A DNA stretch of 64,000 nucleotides from Acidobacteriota bacterium (GTDB taxonomy: Bacteria; Acidobacteriota; Polarisedimenticolia; SMYD01), in NCBI GenBank assembly GCA_004356015.1, contig SMYD01000016.1, positions 6,612 through 70,611 of the forward strand. Direction: 5' to 3'. Below are positions 51,094-59,346 of the stretch, piece by piece (the first letter of the stretch is position 1; each line of letters starts with the position of its first letter). A program made the translations under genes and the position numbers. The notes below the pieces were generated by a model, which was given only the letters and a program-made list of their open reading frames with translations, did not search any database and was not told where the DNA came from.

Positions 51094-52776
51094 TCAGGTG
51101 GATCGTCTGACGATCATCAGAGTCAGGTCATCAGGTTGAGGAGCATCACCTGCGAACTCCTCCAGGCCCTTCTGCACCGCCGCCCGGATTTCAGCGGGAG
51201 AGTTGCCGATCTGGTCCACCAGAATTTTTTCCAGGCGCTCGTCGCCGAACTCATCCTCCTGATCGTTCACCGTCTCGGTGACTCCGTCGCTGCAGATGAA
51301 GATGAAGTCCCCGGGCTGCATGTCGATGTCGCCCTGGGGATATGCAAACCCCTTGATGATCCCCAGGGGGACACCACCGGCAGGGAGCCGCTCGACGCCG
51401 CCGGCCGCACGCACCAGAACCGGCTCCGGCGCATGGCCGGCGTTGACGTAACGAACGTGGTGTTCCTTCAGGTTCAGTTCCAGGTAGAACAGGGTCACGA
51501 ACCGGTTGCTCGGGGCGACCCGGGCGACGGTGTTGTTGAGATGGGAGACCAGTTCCCGGGGCTCAGGCCCCATCTCCACGCGGGCATGAAAAGCCGCCTG
51601 GAGATTTGACATGAGCATGGCAGCGCCCATGCCCTTCCCGGCCACATCGGCCAGCACCATGGCGTAGCGTTCTTCGTCGATGCCCTGATAATCGTAGTAG
51701 TCGCCGCCGACCTCGTAACAGGGGATATTGAGGCCGGCGAATTCATAGCCAGGCACGTCCGGAGGCCCTTGAGGAAGCAGCCGTTTCTGGATGTCGGCGG
51801 CCGCTTCCGCCTCCTGATCCATGCGCCTTTTTTCCACCTGATCCTCGAAGAGGCGGGCGTTTTCGATCTGGATGGCGGCGATATTGGCCAGCACGGTCAG
51901 GACCCGCAGGTCCTCATCGGCGAACAGGCCAGAGGCCATCCGGGAGTCGGCGTAGATCAGCCCGATGACCGCCTTGTTGTTCCAGAGAGGCACGGCCATG
52001 ACCGAATGAATCCCCTGGGCCATGATGCTGGCCCCCTCCTTGAAGCGCGAATCGATCTGGGCATCGGAGGTGAGAATGGCGACACGCTGTTCCAGAACCG
52101 TATTGGCGATGGTGCGACTGATGGCCATTTCCTGGTTTGGACGGTCGCTGCGGGAGGCCCGGCAGATCAGTGAACCGTCGGCCTCCTTGAGGAACAATGC
52201 CGTGCGGTCGGGTTTCACCGCCCTGACGACGAGATCCAGGACCTTGGGCAGGAGGTGATCCATGGATTCATGTCCCAGCAGTTCCAGATTCGCCTTCTCC
52301 ACCAGTTCCAGCCGGCGGATGCGGGCCTGCATGTTCTCTGCCGCAGCCAGTGGGCGTCCGGCGGGTCTGGCTTGCCCGGGAATCATGCCCTCGGGCATGG
52401 TCATGACGTCCTTGAGAGGCAGGAAAATGGTTCCCTCGGAGGCCATGGGTTGATCGGAAAAGACCACCCTGCCGCGGGCTTCCCCCTTCTCCTGGTATTC
52501 GAGATGGTAGCCCCCCAGATCGATCCGATCTCCGGGTTTCAGGCGCTCGGGGGCATGCAATCTATGGCCGTTCAGGAAGGTGCCATTGCGGCTGCCGGCG
52601 TCCTGCAGAACCCAGCCTTCGGAATCGGGAAGAATTTCAGCGTGGTGGCGGGAGAGAGAGAGATCGGCCAGGAGCATGTTGTTCCGGGAGCTGCGGCCGA
52701 TGCGCACCGTTTCACCACTCTTCAGCTCATGGGTGGAGCGTTGACCGTCGCTGCCGGTGATGATGATGTGGGCCAT
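51094..52776 (-). CDS. FHA-GAF-PP2C (SpoIIE/RsbU-type) serine phosphatase
   Basis: 560 aa; N-terminal FHA (...VRIGRSSRNNMLLADLSLSRHHAEI...GSRNGTFLNG...), central GAF, C-terminal PP2C with ...GGDYYDY...VLADVAGKGMGAAM... Confidence 0.85.
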   Translation of the reverse strand: MAHIIITGSDGQRSTHELKSGETVRIGRSSRNNMLLADLSLSRHHAEILPDSEGWVLQDAGSRNGTFLNGHRLHAPERLKPGDRIDLGGYHLEYQEKGEARGRVVFSDQPMASEGTIFLPLKDVMTMPEGMIPGQARPAGRPLAAAENMQARIRRLELVEKANLELLGHESMDHLLPKVLDLVVRAVKPDRTALFLKEADGSLICRASRSDRPNQEMAISRTIANTVLEQRVAILTSDAQIDSRFKEGASIMAQGIHSVMAVPLWNNKAVIGLIYADSRMASGLFADEDLRVLTVLANIAAIQIENARLFEDQVEKRRMDQEAEAAADIQKRLLPQGPPDVPGYEFAGLNIPCYEVGGDYYDYQGIDEERYAMVLADVAGKGMGAAMLMSNLQAAFHARVEMGPEPRELVSHLNNTVARVAPSNRFVTLFYLELNLKEHHVRYVNAGHAPEPVLVRAAGGVERLPAGGVPLGIIKGFAYPQGDIDMQPGDFIFICSDGVTETVNDQEDEFGDERLEKILVDQIGNSPAEIRAAVQKGLEEFAGDAPQPDDLTLMIVRRST

Positions 52777-52909
52777 GAAGTCCTTTCAGGTCCCGTGCAC
52801 GGGCTCAGTCGAGCTGTGGAAGTGGTGGCGATTGCACCATCCTGAGCACGGCAAAGTCAAGCAGAGGTGGCGGGTTGGCTTGACGCGGTATTGGCCCGAG
52901 GTTAGGATA

Positions 52910-53380
52910 ATGATTTCAGGAACTCGGGTTCGGTCAGGGTCCGCGAGGAGCAGGTGCGTGTCCGGAAAACCACAGGTGCAGGTGGTTGTGGGGAGCCGGG
53001 TGGAATATGTGGATGCTTTGCACGCGGTTGCCGAAGAGATGGCCAAGCTGGCCGGGCTTCCTGAGGATGAAGGGTTTCACTTTGCCCTGGCCATCCGTGA
53101 GGCTGCCACCAATGCGGTTACCCATGGGAATGGCCAGGATCCGGCCAAGCAGGTAACTCTGAGTTTTGCGCTGGATGGGGGGGCCCTCATGGCCATCATC
53201 TGCGACCAGGGAGAGGGTTTTAATTTTGAAGGTGCGGCTGATCCACGGCTGCCTGAAAATCGCTTCAAGACATCAGGGCGTGGCCTGCTCCTCATGCGCA
53301 GTTTCGTGGATGAGGTGACCTACCAGCATCTGCCCGGCAAGGGCACCGAGGTGCGGCTGGTGAAACGGTTGGCCAACTGA
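52910..53380 (+). CDS. Anti-sigma-factor-like serine kinase (RsbW/SpoIIAB-type HATPase_c)
   Basis: ATG 52910 (AGGAT upstream). ...FALAIREAATNAVTHGNGQD...DQGEGF...SGRGLLLMRSFVDEV... are GHKL ATPase motifs. The track ORF start at 52757 overlaps the phosphatase gene and is unlikely. Confidence 0.75.
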   Translation: MISGTRVRSGSARSRCVSGKPQVQVVVGSRVEYVDALHAVAEEMAKLAGLPEDEGFHFALAIREAATNAVTHGNGQDPAKQVTLSFALDGGALMAIICDQGEGFNFEGAADPRLPENRFKTSGRGLLLMRSFVDEVTYQHLPGKGTEVRLVKRLAN

Positions 53381-53412
53381 ATGGAAACAGGAATGGGATT
53401 CGGAGGACGCTG

Positions 53413-53754
53413 ATGAAAGTAACCAAGCGGGAATACGGAGATGTCACGGTGGTCGACCTCAAAGGGAAGATCACCATTGGGCGTGGTGATGTGGTCCTGA
53501 GGGAGACGGTGGAGCAGCTTTTCGATGAGGGGCGCCGTGATGTCCTGCTGAATCTGGCCGGTGTCTCCTACATGGATAGCGCCGGTATCGGTGAACTTGT
53601 GGCCTGTCACAAGCGGGCCAAGGATAAGAACGGCAGGTTGAAGTTGCTCAATCCCTCAGGCAAGGTCTACGACTTGTTGCAGCTCACCAAGCTTGACGAA
53701 GTGTTCGAGACATTTACCGACGAGAAAACCGCCCTGGTGTCCTTCAACAACTGA
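53413..53754 (+). CDS. Anti-sigma-factor antagonist (STAS domain; RsbV/SpoIIAA-type)
   Basis: 113 aa; ...VVDLKGKITIG...LNLAGVSYMDSAGIGELV..., with the phospho-acceptor serine in the SYMDSAG context. Confidence 0.85.
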   Translation: MKVTKREYGDVTVVDLKGKITIGRGDVVLRETVEQLFDEGRRDVLLNLAGVSYMDSAGIGELVACHKRAKDKNGRLKLLNPSGKVYDLLQLTKLDEVFETFTDEKTALVSFNN

Positions 53755-53815
53755 CGAGATGCGCCTGCAGCGGCCCGGCCCTCTGTTTTGGTGCGCGGGA
53801 GCTTGTGACACGAAG

Positions 53816-53848
53816 AAAAAGCCGGCCTCCCGGAGAGGGGAGACCGGC
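53816..53848 (-). terminator. Intrinsic terminator for the minus-strand secreted-protein gene (convergent with rsbV-like gene)
   Basis: 10/11-bp GC-rich stem GCCGGCCTCCC / GGGAGACCGGC with loop GGAGA(G). On the minus strand it is followed by a TTTTTC run (AAAAA at 53816-53820 on the plus strand). It lies 23 nt beyond the gene stop. Confidence 0.55.
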
Positions 53849-53870
53849 CATGATCGAGTCAGATCTTTCT

Positions 53871-55139
53871 TCAGCGTCCGTTGGCACCGCGGCGTAATTC
53901 TGTGATGTCGACTTCAACGGGATCGGTGTAAGTGCGGCTACCGTCCAGCGCCGTGACTTCCAGGCGGTAGAAGAGCGAGTTGCTGGCGCGCTCAGGCATC
54001 CGGCGCGACAGGATGTCCACCGCGACGAAATTGCCCTGCATGCCACTGACCTGGATGTTCTGCCGGGTGATGGGGTGGTATGGCCCCTCGCTCTGGCTGG
54101 CTCGCAGAAGGCTGAACGAACCCACACCGGCAAGGCTGTCGGCCTGCCAGTCCAGGACGATCCGGTGGCGTTCCAGGCGTCCCCGCAGGCCGCTGACCTG
54201 GCTGGCCTGGGACTGGAAGGTGACTGGATAGGAGTTGGCGGAAAAGAAGGTCGAGGCCACGTCCTGGGCGTAGACCAGCCTGATGGCGGCCACCAGGCGC
54301 TGTCCCGCAGGGTCGAATCCTGCCAGCACGGGATCCCCGGCGGCCAGGGTAAAGCTGGTGGTGCTCAGCGGCAGGAACATGCCTGGCGTTGCCTCGATGA
54401 GATTGCCGAGTGCCTCGGCGCTTCTCAGTTCACTCTCGCTGGGGCCCAGCCGGCGGCTTCGATCCTGGGCCATGAAGTACAGCTTGTACCCCTTGACCGG
54501 GTTGGGAGCGCCGTCATTGATGCTGAGAGCGGCGGCCTCTTCCCAGATGAAGTCGATATTCCCGCTGTCACTGAACCAAACAGTAGGCCGCGGGATGGGC
54601 GACAGGCCTCCAAGGCGGGAGATGGCGCCGGCCGGGCCGAAGCCATCCAGATCGTTGCCCGACTCGTAGGCCAGAGCGAGAAAGCAAGCCGTCGATGAGA
54701 CCACGGGCAGGCAGGTGGAGGATGTGGAGTTGCCCAGCTCACCGAAGCTGACGACCTGCGACTGGGCGCCGAAATACCCCACATGGTCAAATCTGTCCTG
54801 GTTTGTGACGCCATCCCACACCGCGAACCAGTTCAAGTCGGTCAGGCCGAGGCTGGACGGGTAATTTCCGGTGAGCTGCGAATCCGCCTGATAGAATTTC
54901 CTCTTGCGGTAAGCGGGGAAGCCATCAACCGGGTTGGCGGCACCAAGAAAATCGGTAGGATCGACTTCGTTGTAGATCCGCACATGGAGATTGCATGGGT
55001 CAAGACCCCGGCCGCACTGGAAGATGTCTCCCTCTTGTCCGAGAACCGTAGACCCGACGATCTCGCCCGACGTCTGTGCGAAGCCGGCCGCCGGCACGAG
55101 AAGAGCGGCGGCGGCAAACAGCATCAGGAACTTCTTCAT
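53871..55139 (-). CDS. Secreted hypothetical protein (422 aa) with signal peptide and beta-rich C-terminal domain
   Basis: N-terminal MKKFLMLFAAAALLVPAAGFAQ signal peptide; no recognisable catalytic motif; several Cys. Confidence 0.5.
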   Translation of the reverse strand: MKKFLMLFAAAALLVPAAGFAQTSGEIVGSTVLGQEGDIFQCGRGLDPCNLHVRIYNEVDPTDFLGAANPVDGFPAYRKRKFYQADSQLTGNYPSSLGLTDLNWFAVWDGVTNQDRFDHVGYFGAQSQVVSFGELGNSTSSTCLPVVSSTACFLALAYESGNDLDGFGPAGAISRLGGLSPIPRPTVWFSDSGNIDFIWEEAAALSINDGAPNPVKGYKLYFMAQDRSRRLGPSESELRSAEALGNLIEATPGMFLPLSTTSFTLAAGDPVLAGFDPAGQRLVAAIRLVYAQDVASTFFSANSYPVTFQSQASQVSGLRGRLERHRIVLDWQADSLAGVGSFSLLRASQSEGPYHPITRQNIQVSGMQGNFVAVDILSRRMPERASNSLFYRLEVTALDGSRTYTDPVEVDITELRRGANGR

Positions 55140-55200
55140 TAGACTTCCCCCTTGTATGTCGTCCTTGCACAGACCGGTTGCCGGCAGCCAGGACTTCAGT

Positions 55201-55320
55201 GGACATATATGGTATTCTCTTGAAGTATATATTTAGAATACTCTATTGCAATATAGAATCTAATGATTCTGCATCTTCTCTATAATTTCCATAAAACAAA
55301 GGAAAATCTGGATAAAGATG
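55201..55320. promoter_or_regulatory. AT-rich (about 25% GC) divergent regulatory island with nested palindromes and a perfect TATAAT
   Basis: Inverted repeat GTATTCT(55212-18)...AGAATAC(55236-42). Perfect 10-bp palindrome TATTGCAATA (55244-53). GAATC-taat-GATTC (55256-69). TATAAT at 55281-86. Sharp drop from the surrounding GC content of about 65%. Confidence 0.5.
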
Positions 55321-55574
55321 ATCCCACCCGGCGTTGTGGACGAGGAGGTGAGGCGATTCCGGCTGTCTCGCGGTGGATTCCTCCTGCGGTTCAGATGGTC
55401 TGGGAGGCCTCGCCGGGCCTCATCCCCGGGTATCTGCTTGACGTAGACTGAGTTGCTCGGCTAAAGTCGTTTCCGTTGGGCTGGGACCTGCTCCCGTATA
55501 CCGGCTTTGCGAGTTCATGGGCGGAATCGGCGTATCCTCCTTCATCATTCAATGAACATCTTGCGGATCCATCC

Positions 55575-56465
55575 ATGATCCTGGGCATGACCGGTTTTGG
55601 CCGGGGCCAGCGCGAAAAAGACGGACTGGCTGTCAACGTGGAAGTCCGGACGGTCAATCACCGCTTTGCCGAAGTTCAGATGCGTATACCCAGGTCTCTC
55701 GCGGCTCTTGAGCCCGATCTTCGGCGCCAGGTGAGTACCCGGATCGGAAGGGGCCGTGCGGAAGTATCGGTACGCCTGGAGTATGCCGCCGGCGACCCCT
55801 GCCAGGTGCAGATCAACATGGACCTGGTCTCGGGTCTTCAGGATGCAGCGGCCCGGCTCCGTGACGAACTGGGTCTCAGCGGTGACCTTGATGTGGCCAC
55901 CGCGTTCCGCTTTCCCGATGCTGTCACCATCCGCAGCACGGGAATTGAAGTCGATGACGAACTCAGGGGCCTGGTTCGTGAGACTCTCGAAGAGGCGCTG
56001 GCCGCGGTTCATGCCATGCGGCAGCAGGAAGGGGAGATGATTCTCGCGGATCTGCTGCCTCGCCTGGACCGAATTGCGGAACTCCAGGGTGATATCGAAG
56101 CGAGGGCTGCTCAGATCCCCGCAGATGCCCGGCGGCGGATGGAGCAGCGGCTGGCGGAGCTTCTCGGCGAGGGCAAGGCACTGGACCCGGGCCGCCTGGA
56201 GCAGGAGGTGGCCTTGCTGGCCGATCGGACCGATACCACCGAGGAACTGGTTCGCCTCGCCGGGTATGTGGAGCAGACGCGGGAGCTCCTGACCGTCGCC
56301 GGGGATGACATCAACGGTCGCCGGTGTGAATTCCTCCTTCAGGAAATGAACAGGGAGATCAATACCATCGGTTCCAAGTCCGGCGAGGTGCGCATCGGCA
56401 CCCTGGTGGTGGAGATCAAACAGGAACTTGAACGCATCCGTGAACAGGTGCAAAACATCGCATGA
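55575..56465 (+). CDS. yicC: YicC-family stress-induced protein (YicC-like endoribonuclease)
   Basis: ATG 55575; MILGMTGFGRGQ...; C-terminal ...QEMNREINTIGSKS... (DUF1732 region). Confidence 0.82.
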   Translation: MILGMTGFGRGQREKDGLAVNVEVRTVNHRFAEVQMRIPRSLAALEPDLRRQVSTRIGRGRAEVSVRLEYAAGDPCQVQINMDLVSGLQDAAARLRDELGLSGDLDVATAFRFPDAVTIRSTGIEVDDELRGLVRETLEEALAAVHAMRQQEGEMILADLLPRLDRIAELQGDIEARAAQIPADARRRMEQRLAELLGEGKALDPGRLEQEVALLADRTDTTEELVRLAGYVEQTRELLTVAGDDINGRRCEFLLQEMNREINTIGSKSGEVRIGTLVVEIKQELERIREQVQNIA

Positions 56466-57142
56466 GGACAAGAGCATCAGGAGAGAACGAACAACGGGGC
56501 AATCTGATCGTGCTCTCGGCGCCCTCCGGGACCGGGAAAACGACCCTGGCGCGCCGGCTGGTGGCCAGCGTGCCGCGCCTGCGGGTCTCGGTGTCCTACA
56601 CCACTCGGCCCCGCCGCCGGGATGAGCAGGCCGGTAGCGATTATCATTTCGTGGACCGCGATACCTTCGCCGACATGGCCGAGCATGACGACTTTCTCGA
56701 ATGGGCCGAGATCTATGGCCATCTTTATGGCACCGGCCGCCAGGCTACAGGAGAGATCCTGGCCGGGGGCTTTGACCTCCTGCTGGTTATTGACGTCCAA
56801 GGAGCGGAATGGGTGCGCAAGCGAGATCCCCGCGCCCTGTTCATTTTTCTCCTGCCACCGGACTACCAGGCTCTCCTCCAGCGGCTGCGCCGCCGCGGCA
56901 CAGAATCTTCGGGTACAGAGGCGGAACGGCTTCTGGTGGCAGGAGATGAAATTCGTGCCTGGAAGGAGTACGATTTCCTCATCGTCAACGATGACCTTGA
57001 AACCAGTCTGGCCGCCGCGGAGGCGGTCATAGTGGCCGACCGGCAGCGTCGGAACCGGATGGAAACGGTTGCCGAGGAGATCGCGGCCACGTTTCCGGGG
57101 GCCGGCACGGTGAATCCTGATTCATCCCGGTCGCCGGAATGA
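56462..57142 (+). CDS. gmk: Guanylate kinase
   Basis: P-loop ...LSAPSGTGKTTL...; ...YTTRPRRRDE...; ATGA overlap with the yicC stop. Confidence 0.9.
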   Translation: MRTRASGENEQRGNLIVLSAPSGTGKTTLARRLVASVPRLRVSVSYTTRPRRRDEQAGSDYHFVDRDTFADMAEHDDFLEWAEIYGHLYGTGRQATGEILAGGFDLLLVIDVQGAEWVRKRDPRALFIFLLPPDYQALLQRLRRRGTESSGTEAERLLVAGDEIRAWKEYDFLIVNDDLETSLAAAEAVIVADRQRRNRMETVAEEIAATFPGAGTVNPDSSRSPE

Positions 57143-57417
57143 AGGAAGTATGGGAAGAGCGGGCAGGGGCCCGCGAGGAGAGAAAAGTGAAAGACCTGCC
57201 CGATAACATCGATAGCAAGTTTCGTCTTGTCACCATCACAGCCATGCGCGCCAAGCAGTTGCAGCGCGGTGCCCGGCCCAAGGTTGATATCGAGTCCACC
57301 AAGCCGACGGAAATCGCTCGTATTGAGGTCATGGAAGGACTCATTGACTTCCAGGTGGGTGAAGACGCCATCGGGCCCATGGAAGACAACGAGGTCAGCG
57401 AACTTCTCGAGGACTGA
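57139..57417 (+). CDS. rpoZ: DNA-directed RNA polymerase omega subunit
   Basis: ...NIDSKFRLVTITAMRAKQLQRGARPKVDIESTKPTEIARIEVMEGLI... is the RpoZ signature. GTG 57187 with a GAGGAGA RBS may be the real start; ATG 57139 overlaps the gmk stop. Confidence 0.85.
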   Translation: MKEVWEERAGAREERKVKDLPDNIDSKFRLVTITAMRAKQLQRGARPKVDIESTKPTEIARIEVMEGLIDFQVGEDAIGPMEDNEVSELLED

Positions 57418-57426
57418 CGGGGGGCG

Positions 57427-58650
57427 GTGGTGGAGGTCCTTCTGGGAGTGACTGGTTGTATCGGTGCCTACAAGGTGCCGGAATTGGTTCGTTTGCTGCG
57501 CGCCGGCGGCGCCGGCGTGACGGTGGTCATGACACGCAACGCGGGCTGGTTCGTGACCGAGGGGACTCTTCAGACCCTGAGTCAGCGCCCGGTCTATGGG
57601 GACATGTTCCACCCCAGAACGGCTGACGGCATCGAGCACATCGACCTGGCGCGGCGTGCCGACCTGCTGCTGGTGGCTCCGGCGACCGCCCATACCCTGG
57701 CCAGTTTTGCCGGTGGTCTTGCCGACGACCTTCTGAGCACCATCTACCTGGCCTCCGCCTGCCCCGTCATGGTGGCGCCGGCCATGAACAGCTTCATGTA
57801 TCAACATTCCGCGGTGCAGGCGAACCTTGAAATCCTGCGCCGGCGCGGCGTGGAAGTGGTGGGACCCGGGACGGGGGAACTGGCGTGCGGCGAGAGTGGC
57901 CCGGGACGACTCCTGGAGCCTGCCGACATCGCCGCAAAAGCGCTCGCCCTCGCCGGTGGCAAGACAGGGCAAATCCTGGCCGGGCTGAACGTGGTGATCT
58001 CTTCCGGCCCAACCCGTGAGCCGCTGGATGGAGTGCGCTTTCTCTCCAATCCAGCCACCGGTCGTATGGGGCATGCCCTGGCTGAAGCGGCGATTCACCG
58101 TGGTGCGACGGTCACCCTCGTCAGTGGTCCAACCCACCTCCCGGATCCGGCAGGTGCCCGGGTCGTCCACGTCACACGAGTGGAAGAGATGCGCCATGCC
58201 ATCCTGGAAGGCAGCGAGGGGAGCGATCTGGTGGTCATGGCTGCCGCCGTGGGCGATTATCGCCTGGCGCGGCCTGCGGCCGGCAAGCTGAAAAAGTCCG
58301 CCCGGGGTCTCGACCTTCACCTGGAACCGGCTCCGGATATCCTTGCGGAACTGGGCCGGCGCCGCGGGTCGGCGCCCCGGCCGGTCCTGGTAGGGTTCGC
58401 GGCGGAGACCGACGACCTGGTGCTCAACGCACGCCGCAAGCTGGAGGCCAAGAACCTGGATCACATCGTGGCCAATCCGGTGAATCGCGCTGGCGCGGGG
58501 TTCGGGGCGGAAACCAACCAGGTCACCCTGATCAGTCGAAATGGTGACACGGATTCATGGCCGGTCATGAGCAAGTCCCAGGTGGCGGCGCGTCTCCTGG
58601 ATCATCTGGCGGGAGTGCATTTCTCCGCGGCAGCCGGGACGGAGGGATGA
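57427..58650 (+). CDS. coaBC: Bifunctional phosphopantothenoylcysteine decarboxylase / phosphopantothenate-cysteine ligase
   Basis: 407 aa; N-terminal flavoprotein domain (...LLGVTGCIGAYKVPELVR...); C-terminal CoaB ligase domain (...VISSGPTREPLDGVRFLSNPATGRMG...). Confidence 0.9.
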   Translation: MVEVLLGVTGCIGAYKVPELVRLLRAGGAGVTVVMTRNAGWFVTEGTLQTLSQRPVYGDMFHPRTADGIEHIDLARRADLLLVAPATAHTLASFAGGLADDLLSTIYLASACPVMVAPAMNSFMYQHSAVQANLEILRRRGVEVVGPGTGELACGESGPGRLLEPADIAAKALALAGGKTGQILAGLNVVISSGPTREPLDGVRFLSNPATGRMGHALAEAAIHRGATVTLVSGPTHLPDPAGARVVHVTRVEEMRHAILEGSEGSDLVVMAAAVGDYRLARPAAGKLKKSARGLDLHLEPAPDILAELGRRRGSAPRPVLVGFAAETDDLVLNARRKLEAKNLDHIVANPVNRAGAGFGAETNQVTLISRNGDTDSWPVMSKSQVAARLLDHLAGVHFSAAAGTEG

Positions 58651-59333
58651 CCGATCCCGTCAGGCCCGGTGTGCTGGAGCAGATTCGCTTTCTTCATGAA
58701 CTGGGGGTCGATGCGTTGCGACTGCCGGGAATACCTGGGCCGGTGGTCACCGCCAAGGCAGGTGCCGCGGGACCACTGGAAGCAGTGCGCCGGGACCTGG
58801 GCCCATGCACCCGCTGCGCGCTCAGCGAGGGGCGCAAGAACATTGTTTTTGGGGTCGGTCATCCTTCCGCGCGTTTGATGTTCATAGGGGAAGGCCCTGG
58901 CGAGGAAGAAGATCGCCAGGGTGAGCCGTTCGTGGGCCGGGCCGGAAAGCTTCTGGATCGCATGATCGCCGCCATCGGGCTCAGCCGGGAGCAGGTCTAC
59001 ATCGCCAATATCGTGAAATGCCGGCCGCCGGGTAATCGCAATCCCCATGATGATGAAATTGCAACCTGCTTCGGGTTTCTTGTCGCCCAGATCGAGGCAA
59101 TCCAGCCGCAGGCCCTGGTGGCTCTGGGGAAGGTGGCGGCATCGGTTCTTCTGCAGGAACCCATTGCCATCACCCGCGCCCGCGGTCAGATGCGTGAGTT
59201 TCGCGGGATTCCACTGATGCTCACCTTCCATCCCGCGTACCTCCTGCGCCAGTACACCCGGCAGAACCGGCAGGCGGTGTACGACGACCTGCGGCAGGTC
59301 AAGGCCCTGGTGGACCAAGCCGGGAGCGGTTGA
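58647..59333 (+). CDS. Uracil-DNA glycosylase, family 4 (4Fe-4S type)
   Basis: ATG 58647 overlapping the coaBC stop (ATGA). ...[52 protein letters not shown]...[10 protein letters not shown]... is diagnostic of family 4 UDG. Confidence 0.85.
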   Translation: MTDPVRPGVLEQIRFLHELGVDALRLPGIPGPVVTAKAGAAGPLEAVRRDLGPCTRCALSEGRKNIVFGVGHPSARLMFIGEGPGEEEDRQGEPFVGRAGKLLDRMIAAIGLSREQVYIANIVKCRPPGNRNPHDDEIATCFGFLVAQIEAIQPQALVALGKVAASVLLQEPIAITRARGQMREFRGIPLMLTFHPAYLLRQYTRQNRQAVYDDLRQVKALVDQAGSG

Positions 59334-59346
59334 GACCGGCGCGGAG

